From positions 13,144,001 through 13,208,000 of the forward strand of contig OX597837.1 in NCBI GenBank assembly GCA_951406725.2: a stretch of 64,000 bases of DNA, in the 5' to 3' direction. The notes under the pieces are model-generated. The model was given only the letters and a program-made list of their open reading frames with translations. It did not search any database and was not told the origin of the DNA. Origin of the DNA: Octopus vulgaris. Its lineage: Eukaryota. A program made the position numbers and the translations under genes. Below are positions 24,296 through 38,000 of this stretch, one piece after another (the stretch's first letter is position 1; every line of letters begins with the position of its first letter).

Positions 24296-25240
24296 TTCTT
24301 ATACATAAACAAAAAAAGATAAGAATATGAACTGACATGGGTAAAGCTTTTTCAAGCTGGAATTAAACACACGTTAACCATTTACAGTTCAAGCAAAGCT
24401 GTGTACATTTATATTTGACACGCTCGTACACACTTAATTGTATGAAGCCATTTGTTGTGGTGATTATATCAGAAGAGAAATTCCCTTTATGTTTGAAAAC
24501 ATACCAGGCTGGACTATAAATGACCGGACACGTGTTTCTATAAACTACAGGACAAGTGTTTCTGCGTCTTTACACTTCATCGGTTACAGCTTGACAAATA
24601 TGTGTTCCATTGGCCTTTTGTTAACATTTTTTCTTAAAGTCGATACCTTCACTTCTGAGGGCATGAAGAGATTATTTCAGTGAACCTATTTATCATTTTA
24701 CTCATGGTCAATAGCTTTTCAAGAATTCAGTATAGGGTTTCGTTATTTCACAAAACTATTTATATCTCACTAGATAAGCTCAGCAGAGACCTGATACACA
24801 CCCTCAGTCCCCTCTGCTTTATGCTTACCCTAGATATAAGCCTGTCAATAGTAAATCCTTCAGATGACACACTAGGTATAGGTACCAGTTATTACAAACG
24901 ATCCTGCATTATTATTATTATTGTTGTTGTTATTTCCTACTAATGTGCAATAATTAGGAAAGTTTGGATATTTTACTGTTACCAAAAGGGTTGGAAAATG
25001 TTTTTTTTTTCATTCGGATTACATAAAGCAGGATATTCTGAGAAAGTTGTTTGGAATTTATTTTTCATTTAAATAAACAAGAAAGGTAAATCTTTTAATA
25101 CTTTAGTTTGTTTTTTTTTTTGTTGCTTTTTCCTCGGACATTTATGAATATAGGTGTCTAAAACAACAGAAAGACATACCACAACATACAAAAAAAACCC
25201 ATAAAACACATGGAAAACGACAGCCATTTGCACCAAATTA

Positions 25241-25622
25241 CCGTATTTGATGGCATAATAAGACGCACATTCTGTTTTACGAAAACTTTAACAAAACAGA
25301 AATCATCCTAGGCCCTATATTTGCCCCAACTTTGTCCCTGATGCTCACTACTATAGGCTATTTTCATTTCTGTAATCATCTGGGATATTTTCATCATTCT
25401 GATTTCTTGTTTCATGGTCAATTGTAATGCTTACTTACTTTTCATAGACATCTTTTCTGCTATAAATAAGATACTTTTGTACTATTTTGTTATGTACTTT
25501 CTGGATTGTTTTAAATACTTGATGCTTTAATGCACAAAAAGAATTCTTTCTCTTTTAATACGTGCTGCTGAAATTGAAGCGCATCTAATATACTCGTGTG
25601 TCTTTTATGCCATCAAATATGG
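25241..25622. mobile_element. Pogo/Tigger-type MITE
   Basis: TA|CCGTATTTGATGGCATAATAAGACGCAC ... GTGTGTCTTTTATGCCATCAAATATGG|TA. Confidence 0.8.
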
Positions 25623-26438
25623 TAAATGGAAAGTTGTTTCTTATCATACGATAAATATGGCAAAAAAAATGTTCACATTATGAAATCAAAAAAATAATGA
25701 CTTTATTAGCGATAATGGTAACATACACACACAAGCTTCAACAAGTGAAGTGAGGAATTTCTTATTGTTTGTCTTCGTTTTTAAACATTACTAGTAACAC
25801 TCAAAAATTGAACATGAGTATTTTCACACAAATGAGGTCAGTATGGCAAAGCTGCGTAACCAAAGATAATGCTGTTCTCCCTGACCCTATTATTAAGGAG
25901 CAAAGAAGAAAAATAAATTATCTATATCAGTCTTGTTAGGAACATGGAAGCTTTTTTTTCTGATAGGGAGTTTGGGTGCCTGGCCATTGGATGCTGGGAC
26001 TGGACATAAAGTGACTTCCTTCACTATAGCCGGTGTTTTTTTTGGAGACAGAGTAAATTATATGAGTCTCTAAGCATGGGGTCAGGACGAAGTAAGCAAA
26101 CTGCATGAGCAGATGTGATGTACAACTGCCTATACAATTTGGAATGACAAAATACGAGAGTCAGAGTCAAGGATATATGTAATGGCATTGATTCTGACTC
26201 ATTGTCATCATTGTGCTGTGTGGACCTGAGAATGTTGTGGGGCCATGAAAATGCCATGTGGCCGGGTGGAATTTCAGTGGATATACAAGTCCTCGTCAGC
26301 CGGAAGATCACCAAACAACCCTAGAACTGTTCCTCATTAAGGCTGCAGAAAGAAGGGCGATAACACTGCCAGCGAAGGAAGCTTAGTTGTTGTATGTGAA
26401 TGTATGCATACACACACATATATGTATACATACATACC

Positions 26439-26472
<34 letters not shown>

Positions 26473-29002
26473 TATATATAAACATACATGCATACACACA
26501 CACATATATATATGTATAAAGTATGTATGTATATGTATATTAATATATATCAACATATATCCATATATCTATGTATGCATGTATATATTTATATACATGT
26601 GTGTGTTTGTGTGTGTGTATGTGTGTGTAAAAAGCATTTGAAAGTTTTTTATTCGCATGAAGAGCAATGCCAAAATGGAAGGAAACAAGAAAACAAACCA
26701 CTGGATACAAGTTTCCAAGAATTCTGCTTCTCTTTAAGCCTTCCCAGTCAAAGTTATGAAATTCCCAGAAGAGAACATCATGCTCCCAGTGCCAAGGGTC
26801 AGTCAAGGGAACAAAGGATCCCTTACTCTGGCCATGACTAACGTTAACAGGTATCAAGGTGATAGCAAAAGAACTTTGTCTGATGCAGCCACAGCAACAG
26901 CAGACCCTGTCCCACAGAGCCCCACCCCTCATGGTTCAGGATACCGTGAAGTAATTCGCTTTGTACCCAGTCCTAGCAACCAATAACCAGGCACCCTGTC
27001 TCTCTTTTATAGCCAGCTGTGTCTCTTCATTCATTTCATGACGAGGCGTGGGTGATGGAAACTGTAAATTATTTCCAAACTGTTTGAAAGGGCATGTTGA
27101 GCAGCAAAAAAAATAAAGAAGAACCCCGCCCCCTGAAATGAAGGACAAATCCAAGCAGAAGGTGATCAGAAGGGTGATTAGGGCCTCTTTCTTCAGGACA
27201 ATGACAATGAAAGTGATATGAGATTCATGGGCCTTCAAAAGCCGAACTATGCATCTGAATAAAAGACATGGTGTGTCGAATATTGCTTTCATTGACCAAG
27301 TAATTCATGGAAACTTAATTAGGATCCGAATACAGAAGCAGCACTTAATTAAGTGAGAAGCTCTTAATTAAAGCAAGATCGCAATAATGCCAAATGCTGA
27401 AGCAGAACTATAACAGAGAATGTGGATTGTTTCTTTTCTCATTCTATTCATATGCTGTTGAGTGCCACTGGGTGCATTTGGGCCATCAAGGATTGCTTCA
27501 ACTCAAATCATCATTTTAACCTCTGGGTTTTCACCCATTGTATAAATGAACACTCCGAAATGCCTCCATTTCTGACCGGTTATTTTCACACCCTTTTCAT
27601 ACCAACCTGCCTGAATCTGCCCATATTTCTATGATACAAACTTCCTGTTTTAAAACAATCTAAAAAAATCCCTTCCTTCAAAATTTTGTGTTAATTTATG
27701 TTCCAAACACCAACTTAATAATAGCAAAGTTATTTTAATAAATTCAGCGTTATTCTCAAAATGAATTGGAAAATAAAGCAGTGTATTTCAAAAGAAATAC
27801 AGTAACAGGGTAAATAAACCTAATAACTGATGGCCATAAACCGCAAAAAGTCATTTGTAATCTGTCTCAGTCACTTTGCGTCAAAGCGATATCGCTTTCT
27901 GCTTGTTTCACAATTTTCCTATGTGATTCAGAAATATGAAACCCTAAGGGAATAAAAAAAATATTTGAACTTGTAATAAAGCAGTTCTCAACCGAGTACT
28001 CTCTCTCTCTCCTGAATTTTCAGCTTTGACCATCTTCATAGCAAAACTTATTGTATTTACATACATATAATATATTATTGTCATACGCAGTGTCTCATCA
28101 ACATCTCCTGCCACTCACATCGTCAGCAGTTGTTATGATTTCTCTTTGAGCAAAACTCCCACAATACAGATGACTGATTGTATAAAACATGCATTTCTAA
28201 CCATACCCCCCATCATTGTTACATGCTGGGTGGGGGTAAGCCCCCTATAGTTTATTTTCATTTCTTTAAGCTTGTTTTACGTTTATTTTTCAATGTTTAC
28301 ATAGGAGGGGATTTTGAAATTGCTCTTTAAAAGTAAAAAAATCTGTTATGTGCAGCGAAAGAAGTATTAGATTAAAATAGCTATCTGTGTATTACACTTA
28401 ATGTAATGCTGCTCCTGTTGCATTTAACGGATTTTTATTCTTCAACCGGGCAACTAATTTCAACAACAGTGATTCTTCAGTCACAATTTTCCGACATCAG
28501 TAGCGACGGAGTTTGTCTTAACATGCGATCAGCAGAGGGTACATACTACTGACGAATCCTAACGAAGCGTGAATGCGCATCTAGCATTCCCACACCCACT
28601 GCTGGACGCTCTTAGTCTGCTTCTGATATATATTTGCGTTTTTAAACACAGTACGTCCAAAAGAGACACTTCTCCGGACGTATACTGCAGTCAATTTGTT
28701 ATTTTTTAAAAATGTTATTTATATAACTGCTTTCTGTTTGTTTTTATTTTTACACAATGAGTTGCTTCCCTTGCTACCACTAAAAAGAACAATTTTCTAT
28801 CCATTTTTTAAAAAATTATTTTTCCTTTTTGTCAGTCAGTCAAGCAAGTTAAAGCGAGCAGAACTGTGAACATTGTTCAGGTGTACAACACAAAAACGAC
28901 ACCTTAACTTCACAGACAGTTGGGAGTTTTTAATTTTTATTGTGGGACATTTAGCAACTGCCAGCCATAAATAGGACATAAATAGGACATGTTAAACAGC
29001 TA

Positions 29003-29265
29003 CTCGGTTTTTAGATAAATTCGTTCGTTTTCTTTTTTGTTCCTCCCCCCTCTTTTGTTTTAATCCCTCTCCAATTTTTCTTGAATTAACCCGAAAAATA
29101 TTTTTTATTGTAGTGTTTTATGAAAGGTTTTTCGTAGCTCTGCTCTTACTCTACAATTTTTGTTCATCATTTTTGAAATTTTAATAAATTTTGCCCCTTT
29201 TTAGACATAAGACGATGGAGTGCCTAGTAGAAAAAAAAACGAACGAATTTATCGGACAACCCGAC
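29003..29265. mobile_element. Mariner-derived MITE
   Basis: Perfect 18-bp inverted repeat GATAAATTCGTTCGTTTT (29014-29031 / 29236-29253); outer end GGACAACCCGA resembles the 8780 mariner TIR. Confidence 0.7.
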
Positions 29266-29914
29266 ACGCGCCGGCTGAGTCATAGAAGCCGTCTTTTAGT
29301 AAAAGACCGTAAGAAATTTGAAAAAATTTTTTCTTTAAAATAATTTTTTTTAGAAGAAAAATACAGTGCTCCAGCATGGGCATAGTACGATTAAAAATTG
29401 TACTATGTAATTAGTACAAAAACAAAGAATTAACTCGCGCACGTGTGTGTGTGTATATATATTTGTGTGTGAATGTGTGCGTGCGTGCGTGTATGTGTGC
29501 GTGTTTAGAGGGTAAGAAAGACAGATTCAGACAGATAGGGACCGGGATATGCTTATATACACCCCCATCATTGTGGTCGTCATCATCGTCCTAGTCATCG
29601 TTGTCGTCGTCGCCGCTGCCACCGCCATCATCATCGTCATCATCATCATCAGCATCATAAGATAGTTGTGAATGCGTGTATGTATATTTGTTATTAACTG
29701 CATGTGTGAGTGCGTATAATAATATATATCATGTATATATAATAATATAATATATATATATAATGATAATATATATATATTACTTTATAAATCATATATT
29801 TATATTTATAATTATATATATTATATATGATATATATGATATATTATTTTATATATACATATATATTTAATTACATATTTTTTACACATATATTATAGTT
29901 ATATACATACATAC

Positions 29915-29972
<58 letters not shown>

Positions 29973-29979
29973 CTATGTG

Positions 29980-30034
<55 letters not shown>

Positions 30035-30133
30035 GTATATATATATATGTGTGTATATGTATGTATATATGTATATAAAAATCTACAACGTTCTCTCGCT
30101 TCTCTTCTCTGTTTCTATTCCAAGATTTTGCCG

Positions 30134-30255
30134 TCAGTTCTGAGAGTTAGCATCTGGTTGTGAATCCACGCAAGGAGTAGAGGTGAGATCGATACTAGCG
30201 ATGGGCAGAGAGGTTGGCACTTTACGGGGTTTGTTTTCTTTAGCGGCACATACAT
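30134..30255 (-). CDS. BCL10: BCL10-like CARD gene, last coding exon
   Basis: tcttctctcattgcag|AT GTA TGT; phase 1 matches upstream exon; [40 protein letters not shown]. Confidence 0.65.
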
Positions 30256-30481
30256 CTGCAATGAGAGAAGAGGCACAAGAGTATAGGACAATGGTTTTAA
30301 TAGCAGAGATCTTCGATTTCAAATTTTAGTAGAAAGCCAACAGGTTCGGGGAAGAGGGTAAGTCGATTACATCGACCCCAGTATTCAACTGGTACTTATT
30401 TTATCGACTACGAAAGGATTACAGGTAAAGTCGACCTCGGCATAATTAGAACTCAGGACGTGTGTATATAAGAAAAAAAAA

Positions 30482-30734
30482 TTAGGGTTAGGGTGAGGTT
30501 GAGGGTTAGTGACAGGATGTTGTCTCAGTTTTAGACGCAGCAAATGATTTTAGCTCAATAGAGGCCATTGATTGGTTAAAATTCGAAAAATTAAACGACG
30601 TTAAACTTACAAATTACAATTTTCTCAAGAAAGCCAAGAGAAAAAAATGTTTTATTTTGACACATTCTACCAGTATACGAAGTCTAAAAGTGTTTAGTTA
30701 ACTAGAAATTGTCTGCCGTTCAAAAGGAAAAGAT

Positions 30735-30735
<1 letters not shown>
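30482..30735. mobile_element. Solo arm of Merlin-type foldback MITE with TTAGGG-like repeats
   Basis: Reverse complement of the left arm of 54337-54925; ends CTGCCGTTCAAAAGGAAAAGATC. Confidence 0.8.
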
Positions 30736-30804
<69 letters not shown>

Positions 30805-30999
30805 TTGTGTCTAGGAAGAGCCATTCTGTTTTAGTGCATTATTATTTAACACACTCACCGGTAGATTTTCCACTCATTTACTTATTTATTTTTCCTAAAA
30901 TTTTCGTTGCGTCTTGCAACATTTTCAATAGTCGTTGATTCTTTACTACTGAAAGGGTTGCAAGGCGCAAAGAAAATTTTAGGAAAAATAAATAAGTAC

Positions 31000-31923
31000 A
31001 CACATACATACATACACACACACACATACATACATACACACACACATACATACACACACACATACATACACACATACATACATACACACACATACATACG
31101 TACGTACATACATACACACACATACATACGTACGTACATACATACATACACACACATACATACATACTATACATACAATACATACACATCCATCCATCCA
31201 TACATACATACATACGTACGTGCGTGCGTGCGTGCGTACGTACGTACGTACGTACGTACGTACGTACGTACGTACGTACGTACGTACATACATACATACA
31301 TACATACATACATACATACATACATACATACATACATACATACATACATACATACATACATACATACATACATACATACATACATACATACATACATACA
31401 TACATACATACATACATACATACATACATACATACATACATACATACATACATACATACATACATACATACATACATACATACATACATACATACATACA
31501 TACATACATACATACATACATACATACATACATACATACATACATACATACATACATACATACATACATACATACATACATACATACATACATACATACA
31601 TACATACATACATACATACATACATACATACATACATACATACATACATACATACATACATACATACATACATACATACATACATACATACATACATACA
31701 TACATACATACATACATACATACATACATACATACATACATACATACATACATACATACATACATACATACATACATACATACATACATACATACATACA
31801 TACATACATACATACATACATACATACATACATACATACATACATACATACATACATACATACATACATACATACATACATACATACATACATACATACA
31901 TACATACGTACATACATACATAC
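31000..31923. repeat. (TACA)n microsatellite of about 640 bp with (TACG)n and CA/TA flanks
   Basis: Directly visible. Confidence 0.98.
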
Positions 31924-32203
31924 CTAAAAGGAAATGCTTCCTCATGTCGAACTTCTGTTTTAAGCGCTCCAGTAGGAACTGTTGTGTGTCTTCGTGTTGA
32001 AGGGCATCACAGAGGTAATCAAATGAACTTGGTCCTTTCGAAATGATAATCTCCAACAATTTGTCCGCTTTCTCTTTGTCCGATGCTTCTTTTTCAATAA
32101 CATCGCAGTTCTCTTTGGTCAGAACCCCTATCTCTTGGAGGAAGCTGTAATGGTTCGCTGCCTTTAGGTGTTGGCTGATGTAATCTTTGTCTGACTGCAA
32201 TAT
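31924..32203 (-). CDS. BCL10: BCL10-like CARD-domain exon
   Basis: ttctcctttccaag|ATA TTG CAG ... TTA G|gtatgt; ILQSDKDYISQHLKAANHYSFLQEIGVLTKENCDVI...KADKLLEII..KGPSSFDYLCDALQHEDTQQFLLERL; CARD pattern, TQxFL motif as in BCL10; phase 0 to 1. Confidence 0.75.
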
Positions 32204-32241
32204 CTTGGAAAGGAGAAGAATTCAAAATATAATACATATAT

Positions 32242-32468
32242 ATTTCTTTACTGCCCACAAGGGGCTACACACAGAGGGAACAAACAAGGACAGACAAAGG
32301 GATTAAGTCGATTACATCGACCCCCAGTGCGTAACTGGTACTTTATTTATCGACCCCGAAAGGATGAAAGGCAAAGTTGACCTCGGCGGAATTTGAACTC
32401 AGAACGTAACGACAGACGAAATACCGCTAAGCATTTCGCCCGGCGCGCTAACGTGTCTGCCAGCTCGC
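32242..32468 (-). mobile_element. Well-preserved SINE of the CCTTTCATCC family
   Basis: Complete head-to-tail copy with CpGs retained; similar copy 55212-55443. Confidence 0.85.
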
Positions 32469-32759
32469 CATAAAGCTACAGGATACAGAGAGAGAGAGGC
32501 AGAGAGACAGACAAGGACAGGTTTCCCTCAATTTTCGACTACCAAATCCATTCACAAGGCTTTAATCAGCTCCGCGGCTATAATCATCGCACAAGTTCAT
32601 ACATTATTTCCGTAAACTCTAATTAAAATCAAGAAGCTACCGCAACCATCCCATCATAAACAATCATCATCTTCTTCACAATATTTGTACCCTTTAAAAA
32701 GAAGGAGCTGTTGCTATTTGAATTTATTTTACATCGTGTACACCCAGATTGGAACTTTT

Positions 32760-33440
32760 ACTGTGCTTTGCACCAGAGAACACTATGGATTATCTGAAGA
32801 CAAAACATATCGCCAATGAAATAACGTGTGCTTGCACACATTCGAGGAATTTTTAAAATTCTAGCCGTTCTATCGACGGGTTTGTCAATAGAAAGGGCGC
32901 TAAATGTAAAAAAAAAAAAAACTCTTTCCATCAGGAAAGGTACATTTACAGAAAACTCTAAGCTGCCATTATATGTAATTTTTTATTTAATGTTTGATTT
33001 GATTTTCGAATTGCCTGTGACGATATCTGCAAGAATGAACTGCATTGATATCAAAATTGCCGTTCAGTGGTACCAGTTCTGTAGAGATGTTTGTTTGGCA
33101 AAACTGCTGCGGGACAAAACTCCCATTGGTGGTCCGGATCATACAGTGGAGATCGATGAAAGCTTGTTCTTCAATAGCAAGAACAATGTAGGAAGAATGT
33201 GTCGCAAAATTTGGTTTGTCGGATGTTATGACACCACAACGAGAAAAGGATTTCTTCAATGTGTACCCGATAGGAGTACAGAGACGTTGTAGAATGTTTT
33301 CAGACAAAATGTTCTTCCAGGAACTACTGTTATGACAGACAATTTGGCAAGCTACTCTAATCTCCACATACTCGGTTACATTCACCCCCATACGGTAAAT
33401 CATTTCCCAAACTTCATAGATCGGTCACCGGGGCATGTAC
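32760..33440 (+). pseudogene. Merlin (IS1016/ISXO2-like) DDE transposase remnant
   Basis: SIRKGTF, WYQFCRDVC, IGGPDHTVEIDESLF, VPDRSTETL*, VLPGTTVMTD, HTVNH; in-frame stop at 33290 and frameshifts. Confidence 0.88.
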
Positions 33441-33767
33441 AGATCGGCGGAGGTAAAGATCATGGACCACACCCTTTGAGATATTTTTTTGGTTTTATTT
33501 TTACATGAACACACTACCTCGAGGGCAGAGATTCCGAATCTGCAAAAAATCTACATTTCAAAATTTATATTGTACAGGCAAAAAAAAAAAAAATACGTAA
33601 AAGACGCAGGGGTGGCTGTGTGGTAAGTAGCTTGCTTACCACCCACATGATTCCGGGTTCAGTTCCACTGTGTGGCACCTTGCGCAAGTGTCTTCTACTA
33701 TAGTCTCGGGCCGACCAAAGCTTTGTGAGTGGATTTGGTAGACGGAAACTGAAAGAAACCCGTCGTA

Positions 33768-33821
<54 letters not shown>

Positions 33822-34017
33822 CAAAATAAGAATATGGAAGAATAGATTTCTTTCAATTATCAACTACCAGATAATACCAATTCATATAATTTATTAACTA
33901 ATTATTTAGATTAAATAGGAACATCCAAATCCAACAGAATAATTACTGGCAGTATATTGGATAAATGATATCCCATAGTGGGTTACACTCATAACCCCTA
34001 TCTCACTTTATACTTGT

Positions 34018-34063
<46 letters not shown>

Positions 34064-34289
34064 ATATGCTTGTGTGTCTGTGTTTGCCACGCCCCCGCCC
34101 CCAACATCGCTTGACAACCGATGCTGTTGTGTTTACGTCCCCGTAACTTAGCGGTTCGGCAAAATAGACCGATAGAATAAGCACTAGGCTTACAAAGAAT
34201 AAGTCCTGGGGGATCGATTTGCTCGACTAAAGGCGGCGCTCCAGCACGGCCGCAGTCACATGACTCAAACAAACAAGAGAGTAAAAGCG

Positions 34290-34392
34290 AGAGACAAACC
34301 ACGCCTTCGCTCACTCCTCCTCTCCACGCGAGATCGAACGCTTCTTGCGTCTCCGCTTCAAATTTCGGCGCCAAAAATCGCTAAAGGTAAGT
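34290..34392 (+). promoter_or_regulatory. CpG-rich patch with E2F-like site and strong 5' splice donor (possible first exon)
   Basis: TTTCGGCGCCAAAA followed by AAAG|GTAAGT at 34387. Confidence 0.35.
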
Positions 34393-34782
34393 GTAAACAC
34401 TCGATGCCACCTCCAGACTGTTCTGCAGCATCAGGGCTTATATATCCTCTGATATATATACCCAGTAATTTTAGCAGGTATGTAAAAGATATTGTTTTCA
34501 TTCACTTCGATTTGTTTCACACAAACAATAACAGGGTTTTGTTGTCCATACATCGTTGCCACACGTTTTTTATGATTTCAGCATTCGTCTGTTATTCTCT
34601 ACGAAATGTCTTCTTAAAATATGTATAAACAAAGGGGTCTGATGCAGTGTTGCGCCTTCAAAAGGGCATTTTTTAATAAAGATTTCTTTGAAAACTCGTC
34701 TGTATATGTGTGTGTATGTATAAATAAATATGTATATATGAGAATAACGACGGAAGGGTTTGAAAAAAGCGTAAAAATAACA

Positions 34783-35009
34783 TCTCTCTCTATATAAAGC
34801 TGAAATTGTCTGTGTATGGAAGGTTTGGTGGCGTTCAACAAACACCATCTCCTCCGACACCCTGCGGCGCAAATTGACGGAAATTGAGAGATATGATATG
34901 ATAAAAAAAAAAGGATTGTTCTTCCATCCGAAGAAGAAAAAATTCAAATCGATGACCATGTTAACACCCAAAAATTATTTCCCCACAAATCAAGAAGGTG
35001 CTTTTTTTG
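34783..35009 (+). mobile_element. Helitron-like non-autonomous 5' end leading into the satellite
   Basis: A|TCTCTCTCTATATAAAGCTGAAATTGTCTGTG resembles the 5' ends at 52328 and 52844; contains partial satellite motif TTCCCCACAAAT. Confidence 0.5.
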
Positions 35010-38000
35010 CTATGAAATTTCATTGGAAAAAAATCTCCATTTTCCTAAAATTTATGACAGAAAAAGATTGGGTCTTTTTGAATTTTTCAATGTCCTCTCT
35101 CCACCTGCTTGGAAAAAGATTTTTTCCCCCACAAATTTACTTCAAAATTGTAATTTATGCTGTTTGATAAAATTTCTATGAAATTTCATTGGAAAAAAAT
35201 CTCCATTTTCCTAAAATTTATGACGGAGAAGATTGGGTCTTTTGAATTTTCAATGTCCTCTCTCCACCTGCTTGGAAAAGATTTTTCCCCCACAAATTAC
35301 TTCAAAATTGTAATTTATGCTGTTTGATAAATATTTCTATGAAATTTCATTGGAAAAAAATCTCCATTTTCCTAAAATTTATGAAGGAAAAGATTGGGTC
35401 TTGTGAATTTTCGGTGTCCTCTCTCCACCTGCTTGGAAAAGATTTTTCCCCCACAAATTACTTCAAAATTGTAATTTATGCTGTTTGATAAATATTTCTA
35501 TGAAATTTCATTGGAAAAAAATCTCCATTTTCCTAAAATTTATGACAGAAAAGATTGGGTCTTTTGAATTTTCGATGTCCTCTCTCCACCTGCTTGGAAA
35601 GATTTTTCCCCCACAAATTTCTTCAAAATTGTAATTTATGCTGTTTGATAAGTATTTCTCTGAAATTTCATTGGAAAAAAATCTCCATTTTCCTAAAATT
35701 TATGACAGAAGAGATTGGGTCTTTTGAATTTTCGATGTCCTCTCTCCACCTGCTTGGAAATGATTTTCTCCCACAAATTTCTTCAAAATTGTAATTTATG
35801 CTGTTTGATAAGTATTTCTATGAAATTTCATTGGAAAAAAATCTCCATTTTCCTAAAATTTATGACAGAAAAGATTGGGTCTTTGAATTTTCGATGTCCT
35901 CTCTCCACCTGCTTGGAAAAGATTTTTCTCCCACAAATTTCTTCAAAATTGTAATTTATGCTGTTTGATAAATATTTCTATGAAATTTCATTGGAAAAAA
36001 ATCTCCATTTTCCTAAAATTTATGACAGAAGAGATTGGGTCTTTTGAATTTTCGATGTCCTCTCTCCACCTGCTTGGAAAAGATTTTTCTCCCACAAATT
36101 TCTTCAAAATTGTAATTTATGCTGTTTGATAAGTATTTCTATGAAATTTCATTGGAAAAAAATCTCCATTTTCCTAAAATTTATGACAGAAAAGATTGGG
36201 TCTTTTGAATTTTCGATGTCCTCTCTCCACCTGCTTGGAAAAGATTTTTCCCCCACAAATTTCTTCAAAATTGTAATTTATGCTGTTTGATAAGTATTTC
36301 TATGAAATTTCATTGGAAAAAAAATCTCCATTTTCCTAAAATTTATGACAGAAAGATTGGGTCTTTTGAATTTTCGATGTCCTCTCTCCACCTGCTTGGA
36401 AAAGATTTTTCTCCCACAAATTTCTTCAAAATTGTAATTTATGCTGTTTGATAAGTATTTCTATGAAATTTCATTGGAAAAAAATCTCCATTTTCCTAAA
36501 ATTTATGACGGAAAAGATTGGGTCTTTTGAATTTTCGATGTCCTCTCTCCATCTGCTTGGAAAAGATTTTTCCCCCACAAATTTCTTCAAAATTGTAATT
36601 TATGCTGTTTGATAAGTATTTCTATGAAATTTCATTGGAAAAAAATCTCCATTTTCCTAAAATTTATGACAGAAAAGATTGGGTCTTTTGAATTTTCGAT
36701 GTCCTCTCTCCACCTGCTTGGAAAAGATTTTTCCCCCACAAATTTCTTCAAAATTGTAATTTATGCTGTTTGATAAGAATTTCTATGAAATTTCATTGGA
36801 AAAAAATCTCCATTTTCCTAAAATTTATGACAGAAAAGATTGGGTCTTTTGAATTTTCGATGTCCTCTCTCCACCTGCTTGGAAAGATTTTTCCCCACAA
36901 ATTTCTTCAAAATTGTAATTTATGCTGTTTGATAAGTATTTCTCTGAAATTTCATTGGAAAAAAATCTCCATTTTCCTAAAATTCATGACAGAAAAGATT
37001 GGGTCTTTTGAATTTTCGATGTCCTCTCTCCACCTGCTTGGAAAAGATTTTTCCCCCACAAATTTCTTCAAAATTGTAATTTATGCTGTTTGATAAGTAT
37101 TTCTATGAAATTTCATTGGAAAAAAATCTCCATTTTCCTAAAATTTATGACAGAAAAGATTGGGTCTTTTGAATTTTCGATGTCCTCTCTCCACCTGCTT
37201 GGAAAGATTTTTCCCCCACAAATTTCTTCAAAATTGTAATTTATGCTGTTTGATAAGTATTTCTATGAAATTTCATTGGAAAAAAATCTCCATTTTCCTA
37301 AAATTCATGACAGAAAAGATTGGGTCTTTTGAATTTTCGATGTCCTCTCTCCACCTGCTTGGAAAAGATTTTTCCCCCACAAATTTCTTCAAAATTGTAA
37401 TTTATGCTGTTTGATAAGAATTTCTCTGAAATTTCATTGGAAAAAAATCTCCATTTTCCTAAAATTCATGACAGAAAAGATTGGGTCTTTTGAATTTTCG
37501 ATGTCCTCTCTCCACCTACTTGGAAAAGATTTTTCCCCCACAAATTTCTTCAAAATTGTAATTTATGCTGTTTGATAAGTATTTCTATGAAATTTCATTG
37601 GAAAAAAATCTCCATTTTCCTAAAATTTATGACAGAAAAGATTGGGTCTTTTGAATTTTCGATGTCCTCTCTCCACCTGCTTGGAAAAGATTTTCCCCCA
37701 CAAATTTCTTCAAAATTGTAATTTATGCTGTTTGATAAGTATTTCTATGAAATTTCATTGGAAAAAAATCTCCATTTTCCTAAAATTTATGACAGAAAAG
37801 ATTGGGTCTTTTGAATTTTCGATGTCCTCTCTCCACCTGCTTGGAAAAGATTTTTCCCCACAAATTTCTTCAAAATTGTAATTTATGCTGTTTGATAAAT
37901 ATTTCTATGAAATTTCATTGGAAAAAAATCTCCATTTTCCTAAAATTTATGACAGAAAAGATTGGGTCTTTTGAATTTTCGATGTCCTCTCTCCATCTGC

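Noticed and set aside
26020-27400. Short ORFs; faint PIF1-helicase-like words (VFCHSKLY..QLY)
   Set aside because: Too degraded to assign without a search; no consistent splice chain
28545-28585. CTA-CTGACGA...GAATGCGCATC-TAG hammerhead-like string
   Set aside because: Lacks GAAA and a credible helix II
30482-30510. Telomere or chromosome-fusion relic (TTAGGG)
   Set aside because: Only a few units, part of a MITE arm also seen at 54.6 kb
30878-32200. 440-aa ORF read as a CARD plus MYVC-repeat protein
   Set aside because: A canonical donor at 31923 ends the exon; the rest is (TACA)n
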